A DNA stretch of 64,000 nt from Eledone cirrhosa. Its lineage: Eukaryota. The translations under genes were made by a program, and so were the position numbers. Shown here piece after piece: positions 1 through 9,687 of this stretch. The stretch spans positions 31,868,001 to 31,932,000 of the forward strand of contig OZ024742.1 of NCBI GenBank assembly GCA_964016885.1, given 5' to 3'. The notes below the pieces were generated by a model, which worked only from the letters and a program-made list of their open reading frames with translations, ran no database searches and was not told the origin of the DNA. Every line of letters starts with the position of its first letter. Position 1 is the first letter of the stretch.

Positions 1-153
1 CAAAAAAAAATTGCTGGCCTTGTGCCTAAATCAGAAACAGTTATTTTCTGATAATTCATTACAAGATGTCAAGAGTTAATTTCTGATAACAGTAAATAGC
101 AAACAAAGGAGAGAGATATTTCATGGTTTGTGTGTGTTTTTTTCTGTTGTAAG

Positions 154-231
154 GATGGTGTTACTGCTGAAATAATGGCACTAGCTCAGGGTTATACAGA
201 TGTTGCTGAACTGATGAATAAGGTCCATGGG
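154..231 (+). CDS. DAPK1: DAPK1-like coding exon (end of ankyrin repeats); gene begins upstream of the window
   Basis: AAG acceptor at 151-153 and GTAAGT donor at 232. Translates DGVTAEIMALAQGYTDVAELMNKVHG (ankyrin-like) and joins the next exon in phase 0. Confidence 0.85.
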
Positions 232-278
232 GTAAGTTGAATATATTCAATCTTTTTCTCCAACATATAATTATTAAA

Positions 279-512
279 CCCTTTTGATACCCAACTCACC
301 TGAAATCACCCCTAGTTATATGATACTAACCTGTTTATTTTAAAGTGTTTATAGATATCTAAAAATCATAATTTAATGTAAGAACCTTTAAGTTATGTTC
401 TAAACACTTATCTTAGTTATATTACTAAATCCTCCAAATTCTTGATTATTTTCAAAATTATTTGAAAGCCAAAGATGGTGTGTTTTTTATTAAAAATATA
501 GTAATGAAAGGG
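279..512. mobile_element. Short non-autonomous DNA element (MITE, piggyBac-like ends) in a DAPK1 intron; partial second copy at ~520-655
   Basis: Starts AACCCTTT and ends AAAGGG-TTAA. The internal sequence recurs at 520-655, 9510-9687 and ~14570-14772. Confidence 0.6.
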
Positions 513-723
513 TTAAAGTGTTTATATTTATCTAAAATCCTTCCATCATAATTTTATATAAGAATCATTATGTTCCAAACACCAACTAAATAATGAGAAA
601 GTTATTTATATTACTAAATCCCTTGACTAATTCTTGATTATTTTCAAAATTATTAGAAAGCTATTGTTGTTGCTGTTGTCATTTATTAATCATTGCTATC
701 CCTTCCCCCCATCCTTTCCACAG

Positions 724-913
724 GATCGAGTGACTGCTTTCATCCAACAACTCAATCTACAGAACCAAAACCTGTCTCGAATCAAGCTAAAAGTTCTTGG
801 TTCCACTGCTGTTGGTAAATCTACCCTCATAGAATCTCTCAAGTGTGGTACCCTCTATAGTTTCTTTAGAGGTCGTCTCTTTAGTACGGGATCTTTGTCT
901 GCCAGAGAGAAAA
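724..913 (+). CDS. DAPK1: DAPK1-like exon, ROC domain start with P-loop
   Basis: CAG acceptor at 721-723. Reads DRVTAFIQQL...RIKLKVLGSTAVGKSTLIESLKCG, with GxxxxGKS and similarity to DAPK1 RIKLKLFG...GKTTLVESLKCG. GT donor at 914 is phase 1 and compatible with the next exon. Confidence 0.88.
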
Positions 914-1039
914 GTGTGTATATTCTCAGCACTTTCTACTTTATTACAGTTCAATACAATACAAATCAATATTATTTTTCCAATATTATGTCCCTTCATG
1001 TAAATTTCCTCGTGTTTGTGTTGTTTAGATTAAAAACAA

Positions 1040-1190
1040 TGACACACCACTATACTACACTGCGCTACATCATACCATTACACTACACCACCACATCACA
1101 CAACACTACACACCACACTACACAACACTGACACACTACATCACACCACACTACACCACACCATGGACATACTACTCCACCACATACTAA
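1040..1190 (+). repeat. (CACTA/CACCA)n low-complexity pentamer repeat
   Basis: Directly visible intronic repeat. Confidence 0.85.
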
Positions 1191-1291
1191 TTGGAACCCC
1201 TTTGATAGACCATTGTACTGAAGTGACAAACAATTCTATATAATTAATACAGAGATTTATTAAATTAAAATTCCTGTTTATATTCTTCCAG

Positions 1292-1399
1292 ACCGATCCC
1301 GTATGTTGCGACAGTACAGCTTACCAACACCACTTTGTTACTCAATTGGTAATCCTACTTATACTAAAGGAATTGACATCCAACAAGTACACATAAAAG
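1292..1399 (+). CDS. DAPK1: DAPK1-like exon (ROC switch region)
   Basis: CAG acceptor at 1289-1291 and GT donor at 1400. Reads RSRMLRQYSLPTPLCYSIGNPTYTKGIDIQQVHIK with consistent phases. Confidence 0.85.
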
Positions 1400-1538
1400 G
1401 TACTTACCTCTCTCTCTCTCTCCCTTTCTATCCCCCTCTCTGTCTTCCTCTCCGTATCTCTCTCTCCCTCCCAGGCTCTATTTTTCTCTCTTTCACTCTC
1501 TCTCATACATACCACTATTCTTCTGTTTATTTCTCCAG

Positions 1539-1733
1539 GAATTGGCGACCTAAGTATCTGGGACTTCTCTGGGTACCAGCCCTACTATATGCTCTACGAC
1601 CATTTCTTAGGTGACCAAAACTGTGTCACTATCGTTGGATTTAGTCTGACTGATTCCTTTGATGAACAAATAGCCCAGGTGATGTTCTGGTTAAATTTTG
1701 TCAAATCCAGGGTTTGCCTACAACCTCCGCTTG
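1539..1733 (+). CDS. DAPK1: DAPK1-like exon (ROC G3 region)
   Basis: CAG acceptor and GTAAGT donor at 1734. Reads GIGDLSIWDFSGYQPYYMLYDHFLGD...QVMFWLNFVKS. Confidence 0.9.
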
Positions 1734-1774
1734 GTAAGTTTACACCATCATTTTCCTTTAACCCTTTCATTAAC

Positions 1775-1897
1775 TTCATCATTATCATCACCACTGTTAT
1801 CATCACCATCATCATCACTCATTGCCACCACCATCATCATCGTCATCACCACTGTTATCATCATCACCATCGCCACTGTCATCATCATCATCATCAT
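1775..1897 (+). repeat. (CAT/CAC)n trinucleotide repeat
   Basis: Directly visible intronic repeat; it explains the spurious poly-His, poly-Ile and poly-Met ORFs. Confidence 0.9.
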
Positions 1898-2101
1898 TTT
1901 ATGAACCCCTCCTCCATCTCTGCAAGTGTTTTGTGGGTTATCACTGATGAACTCACCAACACATACATGCTTACATACACATAGACACATACATAAATAC
2001 ATACACACACACACACCAATATAAACCACCCAACACCACTGCCACCACCACCACTACCACCACCACTAATACAATTTTACAATTTGTTGTTGTTGTTGTA
2101 G

Positions 2102-2364
2102 GTCAATGTGGTAAGCCTCTACAACCTCTTGGTGTGATCCTGGTTGCGACCCATGCTGACCAAGCTAACAACTGCAGTCGTAACAGCCGTAGTGAATATA
2201 TCTGTAAAGAAACTCAAATGATCCTTACCAAGGCCCAGAAGGAATTTGGTAATGATCTTGATATTGTTGATAGGATCTTTGTTATAGATACCCAGGTAGC
2301 AGGCTCAGCTGATATTAAGGCTCTCAAGAGACAAATTGCTGAGATGAAGGGACAAATTGTTAAG
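2102..2364 (+). CDS. DAPK1: DAPK1-like exon (ROC G4 region)
   Basis: TAG acceptor at 2099-2101 and GTAGGC donor at 2365. Contains VILVATHAD as in DAPK1. Confidence 0.9.
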
Positions 2365-2628
2365 GTAGGCACACTTTCATTAACTATTCTTTCTATCTAT
2401 CTATCTATTTGTCTGTCTATCTATTTATCTGAATATCTGTCTATCTAAATATCTGCATAGCTGTTTATATATATATATATATCTGCCTATCTATATATTT
2501 ATCTATCTGTCTCTCTCTCTGTCTATCTATCTATATCTATTTGTCTCCACCTGTCTATCCGTCTTTAGACTATGGCCATGCTGGAGCATTGATTATTGCT
2601 ATTTATACTGTTTCCTTTCTTTAAACAG

Positions 2629-2817
2629 ACATTACCTCAAACTTCTGGCTTTTTGGAACTGATGGTCTCTCAACTGCCATACTGGCGCCGGGCTTCGTCA
2701 TCATATCCAGTATTAGATTGGAAAAGTTTCTCAGAACATGTTCGCACAAAGATTAACCCTTTAGCTGGTGAGATTGACCTAAAGTCCCTTGTCCACCAAT
2801 TGCAGTTGCTTGGTGAG
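2629..2817 (+). CDS. DAPK1: DAPK1-like exon (COR domain start)
   Basis: CAG acceptor at 2626-2628 and GTGAGT donor at 2818. Reads TLPQTSGFLELMVSQLPYWRR...INPLAGE...QLQLLGE. Confidence 0.9.
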
Positions 2818-3140
2818 GTGAGTCTTGTTATTAGATGAGAGCAACATCTTCTCCCTCTTTCTGTCACACACCCACCCCCACACACTCTCTCTCTCTCTAA
2901 ACATAATAAATAAATAAATGAAGTAACTTTCTGTCTATATATTTCTTTCTATCATATATCTCTTCTTTTTCCATCTTTAAGGGTCTCCACCCTATTTTAT
3001 AAGCTATTTTATAGCATCTCCACACATGAGCACATCATTCTTTATATTAACTTTATCTCCTTAGGGCTTTGTAAAATATTATCCAAGAGACTGGCTATGT
3101 ATACATGATTATTTTCTAATATTTTTCATTTATTTTTCAG

Positions 3141-4367
3141 GTGATTTACCTTGAAAATGAAACCGGATCTGACCTTGTGGTGTTGCACCCAAACTGGTTG
3201 TGTACAGATGTGATCGGAAACCTCATATCTCATGACAAGATCCTTCAGACTCGGATTACAGGATGTTTCACTGTTGATGAATTCCAACTAATGTACCCTG
3301 AGACTGACGCTCTAGACTTGCTGAAGGTTCTCCAATGTCTTGAAGTCTGTACACAATGTGAAAATGATGGCGATATTGAGTTTGAATTTCCTTGCTTGAA
3401 TTTTGTCGAAACCCTTAACGGTCTCTGGCAGAAAGACTCCCAACACTATGCAGATGCTGTCTACGGTGGCATGAGGATAATTTCTGTATCAGATTCCGGT
3501 AACCAGTTTAAATACCTCTTTCCAAGAGTTCAGGTACAGCTCAGAAGGACTCTGGTGCTGGAGAATGATGACCCTTCTCTTGATTTGTACCAGTGGCACC
3601 ATGGCTCTAAATACTGCTGTGGGGAACTAGAAGGAATCCTCAACATGGACAAAAATGAACAATTCTTTGAAATCAAAGTCCGTGGTCCAAAAGAATCTCG
3701 GACGGCTGTTTTCTACTTCCTTGAAGACTTTGTTACGGCTGTTGAACAAATAATCCACGACATCTGTCCCTATTTCCAAATAGAGCGACATGTTCTTCAC
3801 AGAGGACAGCTAGAAGAACACATTAAAATAGTGTCAAGTTATTCTCCAAGACAAATAATTGAATGTCAACTGAACCACACCCTAAGTGTCAAACTGGACA
3901 AAATGGAACCAGAATGTATTGCAGAGGTTATCTTCCTCGGTTCCCCTGATGTCATGGATAATGTAACACTAGGAGTGGATTTACACATTTCTATGCTGAC
4001 TCTTCATGCTAGGCGTATTTTAAGTGCTATGCTCGACCCACCTGAATCGATGGGGCGAGACTGGTGCCTATTAGCTGTGACACTGGGACTTACCAAAGTT
4101 CTCCCTTCTCTTGATTCTGGTAACAACAAACATGAAAGCAAAACAAACCGGACACTAGAAGAGTGGTCATTGGACCCTAATGCGACGGTAGCGGTGTTAG
4201 TGAATAAACTGAAAGAGATGGGCCGAGGGGACATTGTTGAGGCCCTTTATTCACATTTCCTCCTTTATCAAGTTGGCTATGAAGACAATAGTGGGGAAGA
4301 CAATAGTGGTGGAAGTCGACAGGGTACCAATCTATCAACAAATACCCTGTCTAGTTTATCTCGGTAG
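3141..4367 (+). CDS. DAPK1: DAPK1-like terminal coding exon (COR, death domain, Ser-rich tail)
   Basis: TTTCAG acceptor at 3135-3140 and a 408-codon open frame. LDPPESMGRDWCLLAVTLGL is a DAPK-type death domain. Ends ...TLSSLSR-TAG like the vertebrate DAPK1 tail. Confidence 0.95.
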   Translation: MIYLENETGSDLVVLHPNWLCTDVIGNLISHDKILQTRITGCFTVDEFQLMYPETDALDLLKVLQCLEVCTQCENDGDIEFEFPCLNFVETLNGLWQKDSQHYADAVYGGMRIISVSDSGNQFKYLFPRVQVQLRRTLVLENDDPSLDLYQWHHGSKYCCGELEGILNMDKNEQFFEIKVRGPKESRTAVFYFLEDFVTAVEQIIHDICPYFQIERHVLHRGQLEEHIKIVSSYSPRQIIECQLNHTLSVKLDKMEPECIAEVIFLGSPDVMDNVTLGVDLHISMLTLHARRILSAMLDPPESMGRDWCLLAVTLGLTKVLPSLDSGNNKHESKTNRTLEEWSLDPNATVAVLVNKLKEMGRGDIVEALYSHFLLYQVGYEDNSGEDNSGGSRQGTNLSTNTLSSLSR

Positions 4368-4549
4368 GGTAGACAAATGGAAATACACTCACATTATGGT
4401 GCTCATTCTGGCAGCTCTCTCTGTCTATCTCTCCCTTTCTCTCTCCCTCCCTCTAACTCTGTCTTTTTTGTCTCTCTTTCCTTCTCTGTTTCTCTCTCCT
4501 TCTAACTCTCTTCCTCTCTATCTTTAATGTGTTGAATTCCAAGCTGCAC

Positions 4550-4799
4550 CACACATACATGCATACATATAAATATACTCATATGTAGACATACACACAG
4601 AGATATGTGTGTGTATGTCTATATATATATATATAGACACACACATAGATATGTGTGTGTGTGTCTATAAATCTATACACACACACAGATATGTGTGTAT
4701 GTATGTTTATATATACACACACACACACTGAGATATGTGTGTATGTGCCTATATGTATACACACACACAGATATATGTGTGTGTGTGTGTGTATGTATA

Positions 4800-4840
<41 letters not shown>

Positions 4841-4890
4841 GTACACACACTCATACATACATATATTTACAAACACTCACATACACAGAA
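4550..4890. repeat. Compound (TA)n/(TG)n/(CA)n microsatellite in the probable DAPK1 3' UTR
   Basis: Directly visible. Candidate AATAAA signals follow at 4952 and 5285. Confidence 0.9.
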
Positions 4891-5302
4891 ATCCAGTGTT
4901 GGAAGTTGGTCATCAAGGCATCAATGCCACAACATCACATAAGATGTCTGAAATAAACATTGTAAATTATTCTTTTGTTGATAACTCAGCTCCTCCACCT
5001 TCTTCTTCTTCCTCCTCCTTCTCCTCTTGTTTAGTATTTATAATCAGATCAGACAACAACAACAACAACACGTGGAGGAAGGGGTATGTTAACAGATTAT
5101 AGATACAACCACCACCACAGAAACTACTACTACTACTGATGTTACTACTATTACTACTTCAATTGCTACAACAAAATAACAATGATAATTGTTGAGGGGA
5201 GGGTGGGGAATTGTTTATATTTATTATTTTGTTTTTTCTGTTTTTGTTGTTTTTTTTACCTCCTTGTGAATTAATTAATTAATTAATAAATAACACATTT
5301 TT

Positions 5303-5435
5303 ACCCCCTGAAATATGGTTCTGTATAAAGTTATATCCCCTGAATTGTGGTTCTGCATGAAGTTATCTCCCCAGAAATATGGTTCTGTATGAAATTATCT
5401 TCCCTGAAGATTGTCTTGTATGAAGTTGCAATACC
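5303..5435 (+). repeat. Degenerate ~32-bp minisatellite, about 4 copies
   Basis: Repeated CCCTGAAATATGGTTCTGTATGAAGTTAT-like units. Confidence 0.75.
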
Positions 5436-5454
5436 TGGAATCTGATTCTTTTGA

Positions 5455-5650
5455 AATAATGATTTCTACTATAGGCACAAGGCCAACAAATTTTGGGGGA
5501 AAGATGTCAATTAAATCGACCCCGTAAGGATGAAAGGCAAAGTTAACTTCAGCGGGATTTGAACTCAGAACGTAAAGGGATGTAATTCTATGCCGCAAAG
5601 CATGGTGTCCGATGCTGCTAATCCAAGCTATGACATACAACACTCTGCCC
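5455..5650 (-). mobile_element. tRNA-derived SINE copy with internal deletion
   Basis: Reverse complement has B-box-like GAGTTCAAATCC and matches the + strand copy at 15785-15983 and the tail at 1-45. Confidence 0.7.
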
Positions 5651-6084
5651 CACCGGAAAAAAACAAACAACAAATTGTATTTATATTATAACATGGAAAA
5701 GCCGTTTTAGCCAATTAAGAGCCAACAAAAAAATTGTTAAATTCATATTCATCATTTGTCGTAAAATCAGTGATCTGATTACCCCCAGAACAATGAAAAT
5801 TTTAACATCAAGAAATATATGAAAAATATTAAGTAAAGTTAACAGTTTTTGTGGTTTTAAATTTGCGAAAATGATTCTTCCACATTATAATTGCTTTAGT
5901 TTCAACACAGTCTCAGATCAAGTCACTTGTCAGACAAGTACAACACCAAAATATATTCTTATATCCTTTCTATTTATCATCCAACCCCATATGTGTGTGC
6001 ACAGACATACACGCACACACATATATATATATATATATGTATGTATGTATATCTAAAAAAAAAAAGTCTAAAGTCTGTCTTAAG

Positions 6085-6300
6085 CCAGAAGGCTCATTTG
6101 GCCAGTGCTTATCCCGGTTTCATGGCGTGAAGCGACTGAGAGTACAAGACTCTCCCCTGGACAGTACACCAGTCCATCGCAGGGTTAAACCTCCAGCTAT
6201 TGCTGGTACTCAGCTGAGTATACTGGAGCAACGTGAAATGAAGTGTTTTGCTCAAGAACACAACACGCAGCCCAGGAATCGAACCCACAACATTATGATC
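6085..6300 (-). mobile_element. tRNA-headed SINE with conserved central domain
   Basis: Reverse complement reads GGGTTCGATTCC (B box) ... AACCCTGCGATGGACTGG...GAAACCGGGATAAGC; a related copy lies at 23525-23700. Confidence 0.7.
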
Positions 6301-6845
6301 GTAAGTATGTATATATGGTCCTGTAACTCCCTAGTACACCTGCTGAGGTGATTGATATTAGGAAAGGTATTTGGCTGTAGAAACCATACCAAATATGGAA
6401 CATAACAAGCATGGCAACTATGACAACCCGTTTAACTCGTGCCAGCTTAGAAAGTGGACATAAAATAATAATGCTGATGATATAAAGAGAGAGAGAGGAA
6501 GGGAGAGTCTCACAATCTGAATATGTTCAGTGAGAAGGAAATTTCAATTAACTAAGATTATCCTTGGAATTTCATGACCAAACCTCCCCGTAGTGGGTGT
6601 TAAGATAAGAAGCAAAGAACATTCTTATAGCAATAGTTGATCCAAATCTTTTGGAACAATTTAAGACAATTGGTTGAAGTTTTACCCCACTCATCATATA
6701 CAGAGAATGAGACTGTGTGTGTATATACACTTCCCTCAGATATTTTCACCCACACGCACATTATAATAATAAATTTTAAGACTAAAATCCAAAGAGGGCT
6801 CGATAAGGATAAATATATATCAAATATATAAGAACCGTAGAGCAA

Positions 6846-7749
6846 ATATTTATTAAAATAACAGATTAAAGTTTAAGCAAAGAATCGCTGCTTTCACCCT
6901 TAACGGGATCTTCTGAAACTAACAAAGTCAATCTGTAAACGCAGAAGTGGATATTTTAAAAAACGTTGCAACCGGAGGAAGACAGGAAGACGATACTTTG
7001 GTTCGTGGAAACGTTCCCTGGCAAAGAACGGGAAAAAACGAATATAATACGTCATTATTTGGAGCGGTGAAAAACAATTACACACAAAGACAGAACCATG
7101 TTTAGGTATACAAACCACGCACATATAAATGTGTGTGTGTGTGTGTGTGCGTCTATACAAATAAATAAGTAATTAAATAAATGTATATAACAAGCGCGCA
7201 CACACATACCTACATGTAAATACACAAATGTTTGGAGACGTACGTCAACCAAAACATGAAGTACACATATACACACACCCAACATACGTACGAACCAGCA
7301 TACTCACAGACGCAAAACTCCCGTATACACATAACCAAAAGCATATGTAGCAGAATATATAAAAATATACGCCATAACATATACAATCAAATATAGGTAC
7401 GAGAAAGTATACGTACCTTCACAAAACATACAGGTAATATATACTTACCTATGCAAATAAGTAATGGTATAAACATAACATATACTTAGCTCCCACATCA
7501 AGACGTAAAATATCCACGTGTAGATCGTACTGTCAGGGTATAATGTGGGGCTGTAATACAGGAAAGTTTTGTGCAATTTATGTTTACAAGCCAAAATTGC
7601 CTCAGATTTTTTGTTTAAGATGTGGTCTGTGGCGTAGAGTATTTCCACTTTTGCATTTACAGATTGACTTTGTTAGTTTCAGAAGATCCCGTTAAGGGTG
7701 AAAGCAGCGATTCTTTGCTTAAACTTTAATCTGTTATTTTAATAAATAT
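6846..7749. mobile_element. Penelope-like element relic with ~109-bp inverted repeats (6846-6954 / 7641-7749)
   Basis: Near-perfect inverted repeat seen directly. The minus strand encodes KVEILYATDHILNKKSEAILACKHK, resembling the PLE GIY-YIG C-terminal LNxRxExxxxCxH motif. Confidence 0.6.
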
Positions 7750-7781
7750 ATATATATAAATATTTATTTATATACGTTTAT

Positions 7782-8340
7782 CTAGTATCCAGAATAAGGA
7801 CGGGTTGGAAGAAGTTTAGGGAGCTGCTTCCTCTGTTGACGAAGAAGGGTTTCTCCCTGCGTACGAAAAGCCGGTTGTATGATGCCTGTGTGAGGAGTGC
7901 GATGCTGCATGGTAGTGAGACATGGGCAGTAACTGCAGAGGACATGCGACGGCTAGAGAGAAATGAGGCAAGCATGCTCCATTGGATGTGCAGTGTAAAT
8001 GTGCGTGAACGACCCAGCTTAAATGTGTTGAGAGAGAAACTGTCTGAGAGGGATAGAATGTAGTGTACGGGAGAGGAGACTGAGGTGGTATGGACATGTG
8101 ATGCGCATGGAGGATGACCAATGGGTGAAGAAGTGCCAGGAATTGCCAGTTGAAGGAAGATGTGGTAGAGGTAGACCACGAAAAACATGGGCGGAGGTGG
8201 TGAGAACAGACCTCAGATCATTGAAGCTCACGGTGGAGATGACGAGGGACCGTGACGAGTGGAGAGATGCTGTGCTGAATAGGACCCGTCCCACCCTTGC
8301 AAGCAGGGAAAAGCGGACGTAAAATGATGATGATGATGAT
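7782..8340 (+). mobile_element. 5'-truncated RTE-clade LINE 3' end
   Basis: Reads RIRTGWKKFRELLPLL...LHGSETWA...RRLRWYGHVMRM...GRGRPRKTW, followed by a (GAT)n tail at 8326-8340. Frameshift near 8050-8070. Confidence 0.9.
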
Positions 8341-8429
8341 ATATATATATATGAGAAGTTAGATGTTATAAACAAAATATAAGACTCTGCTGGTATGGAA
8401 ATATTATGCATATGAATGATGTTTATTGA

Positions 8430-8795
8430 GTGAAGAAGTGCCACAATATCCCAGTGGAAGGAAGCTGCAATTGAAGACCACGGAAAACCTAGGCAGAGGT
8501 GTTCTCAATATGCTGAACATCACAGAGATGACAAAGAAACACTAAGTGCATGCTGACTGTATTGGAGAGGACAGGTCCAACCTATATAAGTATTTTCTTT
8601 GCTAAAGTAGGTGTTGTTACTCTTGAGGGACCATGAGTGCTAGCTGGTTGTACTGGAGAGGACAGGTCCAACCCATACTGGTATTTTATCTGCTAAAGTA
8701 AGGTTTGTAAGCCTTGCAAGGCCCATGTGTGTAAGCTGGTTGTACAGGAGAGGCATCGTCCAACCCATGCAATCATTTTCCCTGCTAAAATAGCA
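8430..8795 (+). mobile_element. Degraded RTE-like 3' end with three ~91-bp tandem copies
   Basis: Similar to 8130-8300. GAGAGGACAGGTCCAACC...TTTT..TGCTAAA repeats at ~8565, 8656 and 8748. Confidence 0.6.
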
Positions 8796-8958
8796 GGGCC
8801 CATGGTAGGTTTCATATTAATCATTGGTTCTTTCTTGAAGCAATGTTTTACAGCTGGATGCCCTTCCTGGTGCCCAGTCTTTTAGTCATCTCTCACAACA
8901 TACAGGGATATATTGTACATATTATAAAACAGATTCACACAACATTTATTTGGTTTAA

Positions 8959-9164
8959 CCCTTTAGCATTTGCATTACTTTATATTTGCTATTGAATTTT
9001 CGTGGTAAAGGCTTTACCTCTCATAATATCGAATCTATGAGATTTTGATATTATTTATTTTGAGAACAATATCTTAACGTCAGTATGAGCAGCCAGCTAT
9101 GGCCGGTTTGAACAGAAAGAGGTGACAATTCTGGACTGATATAGGCAGTTTAAATGCTAACGGG
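8959..9164. mobile_element. piggyBac-like MITE
   Basis: 13-bp TIRs CCCTTTAGCATTT / AAATGCTAACGGG (1 mismatch), with TTAA on both sides (8955-8958, 9165-9168). Confidence 0.8.
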
Positions 9165-9509
9165 TTAAACACCGAAACTTTATTTTATTTGTATAGAGAA
9201 AAGGTGTAATTTAATATAATAAACTCCAGTGTATTACTGGTACATATATTAACCCCAGAGTTATTTAACTCCCCCCCCCCCCCCAACTGGTTTCAACAGT
9301 TTTAGAAGACCTTCAAAGGTTATGGGATGTCAAGACCTAACAAGTAAAAATACTAAAGTACAAAATGTTAAAATAAATATAGTCTACCTCATTCCAGTCT
9401 TGCATATCCCCATACACCTATGATGACAGAATCTCATCTCATATTTCTCTTAGAAAATTGTTTGAAATTACTCCTCACTCTATGATAACAAAGCTATTTG
9501 GTAAAATCT

Positions 9510-9687
9510 TTATATTTATCTAGAAACCTTCCATCATAATGTTATGTAAGAACCTTTATACTTGAAACACCAACTTGATAATGAGAAAGTTATATTACTA
9601 AATCCTTGAAAATTCTTGATTATTTTCAAAAAGGTTTGAACACCATAGGCAGTGTCTTTCATTGAAATATGGAAAGGAAAGGGTTAA
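9510..9687. mobile_element. Right half of the MITE family seen at 279-512
   Basis: Collinear similarity to 350-516 and 525-655; ends AAAGGGTTAA. Confidence 0.7.

Noticed and set aside
1589-2029. His-, Met- and Ile-rich ORFs
   Set aside because: Only 1539-1733 is exon; the rest is read-through into a (CAT)n intronic repeat.
3141-4367. Stand-alone 408-aa single-exon gene
   Set aside because: The GTG start coincides with a splice acceptor; it is the last exon of the DAPK1-like gene.
4579-5102. Several overlapping YI/HT/CV-rich ORFs
   Set aside because: They are translations of dinucleotide microsatellites.
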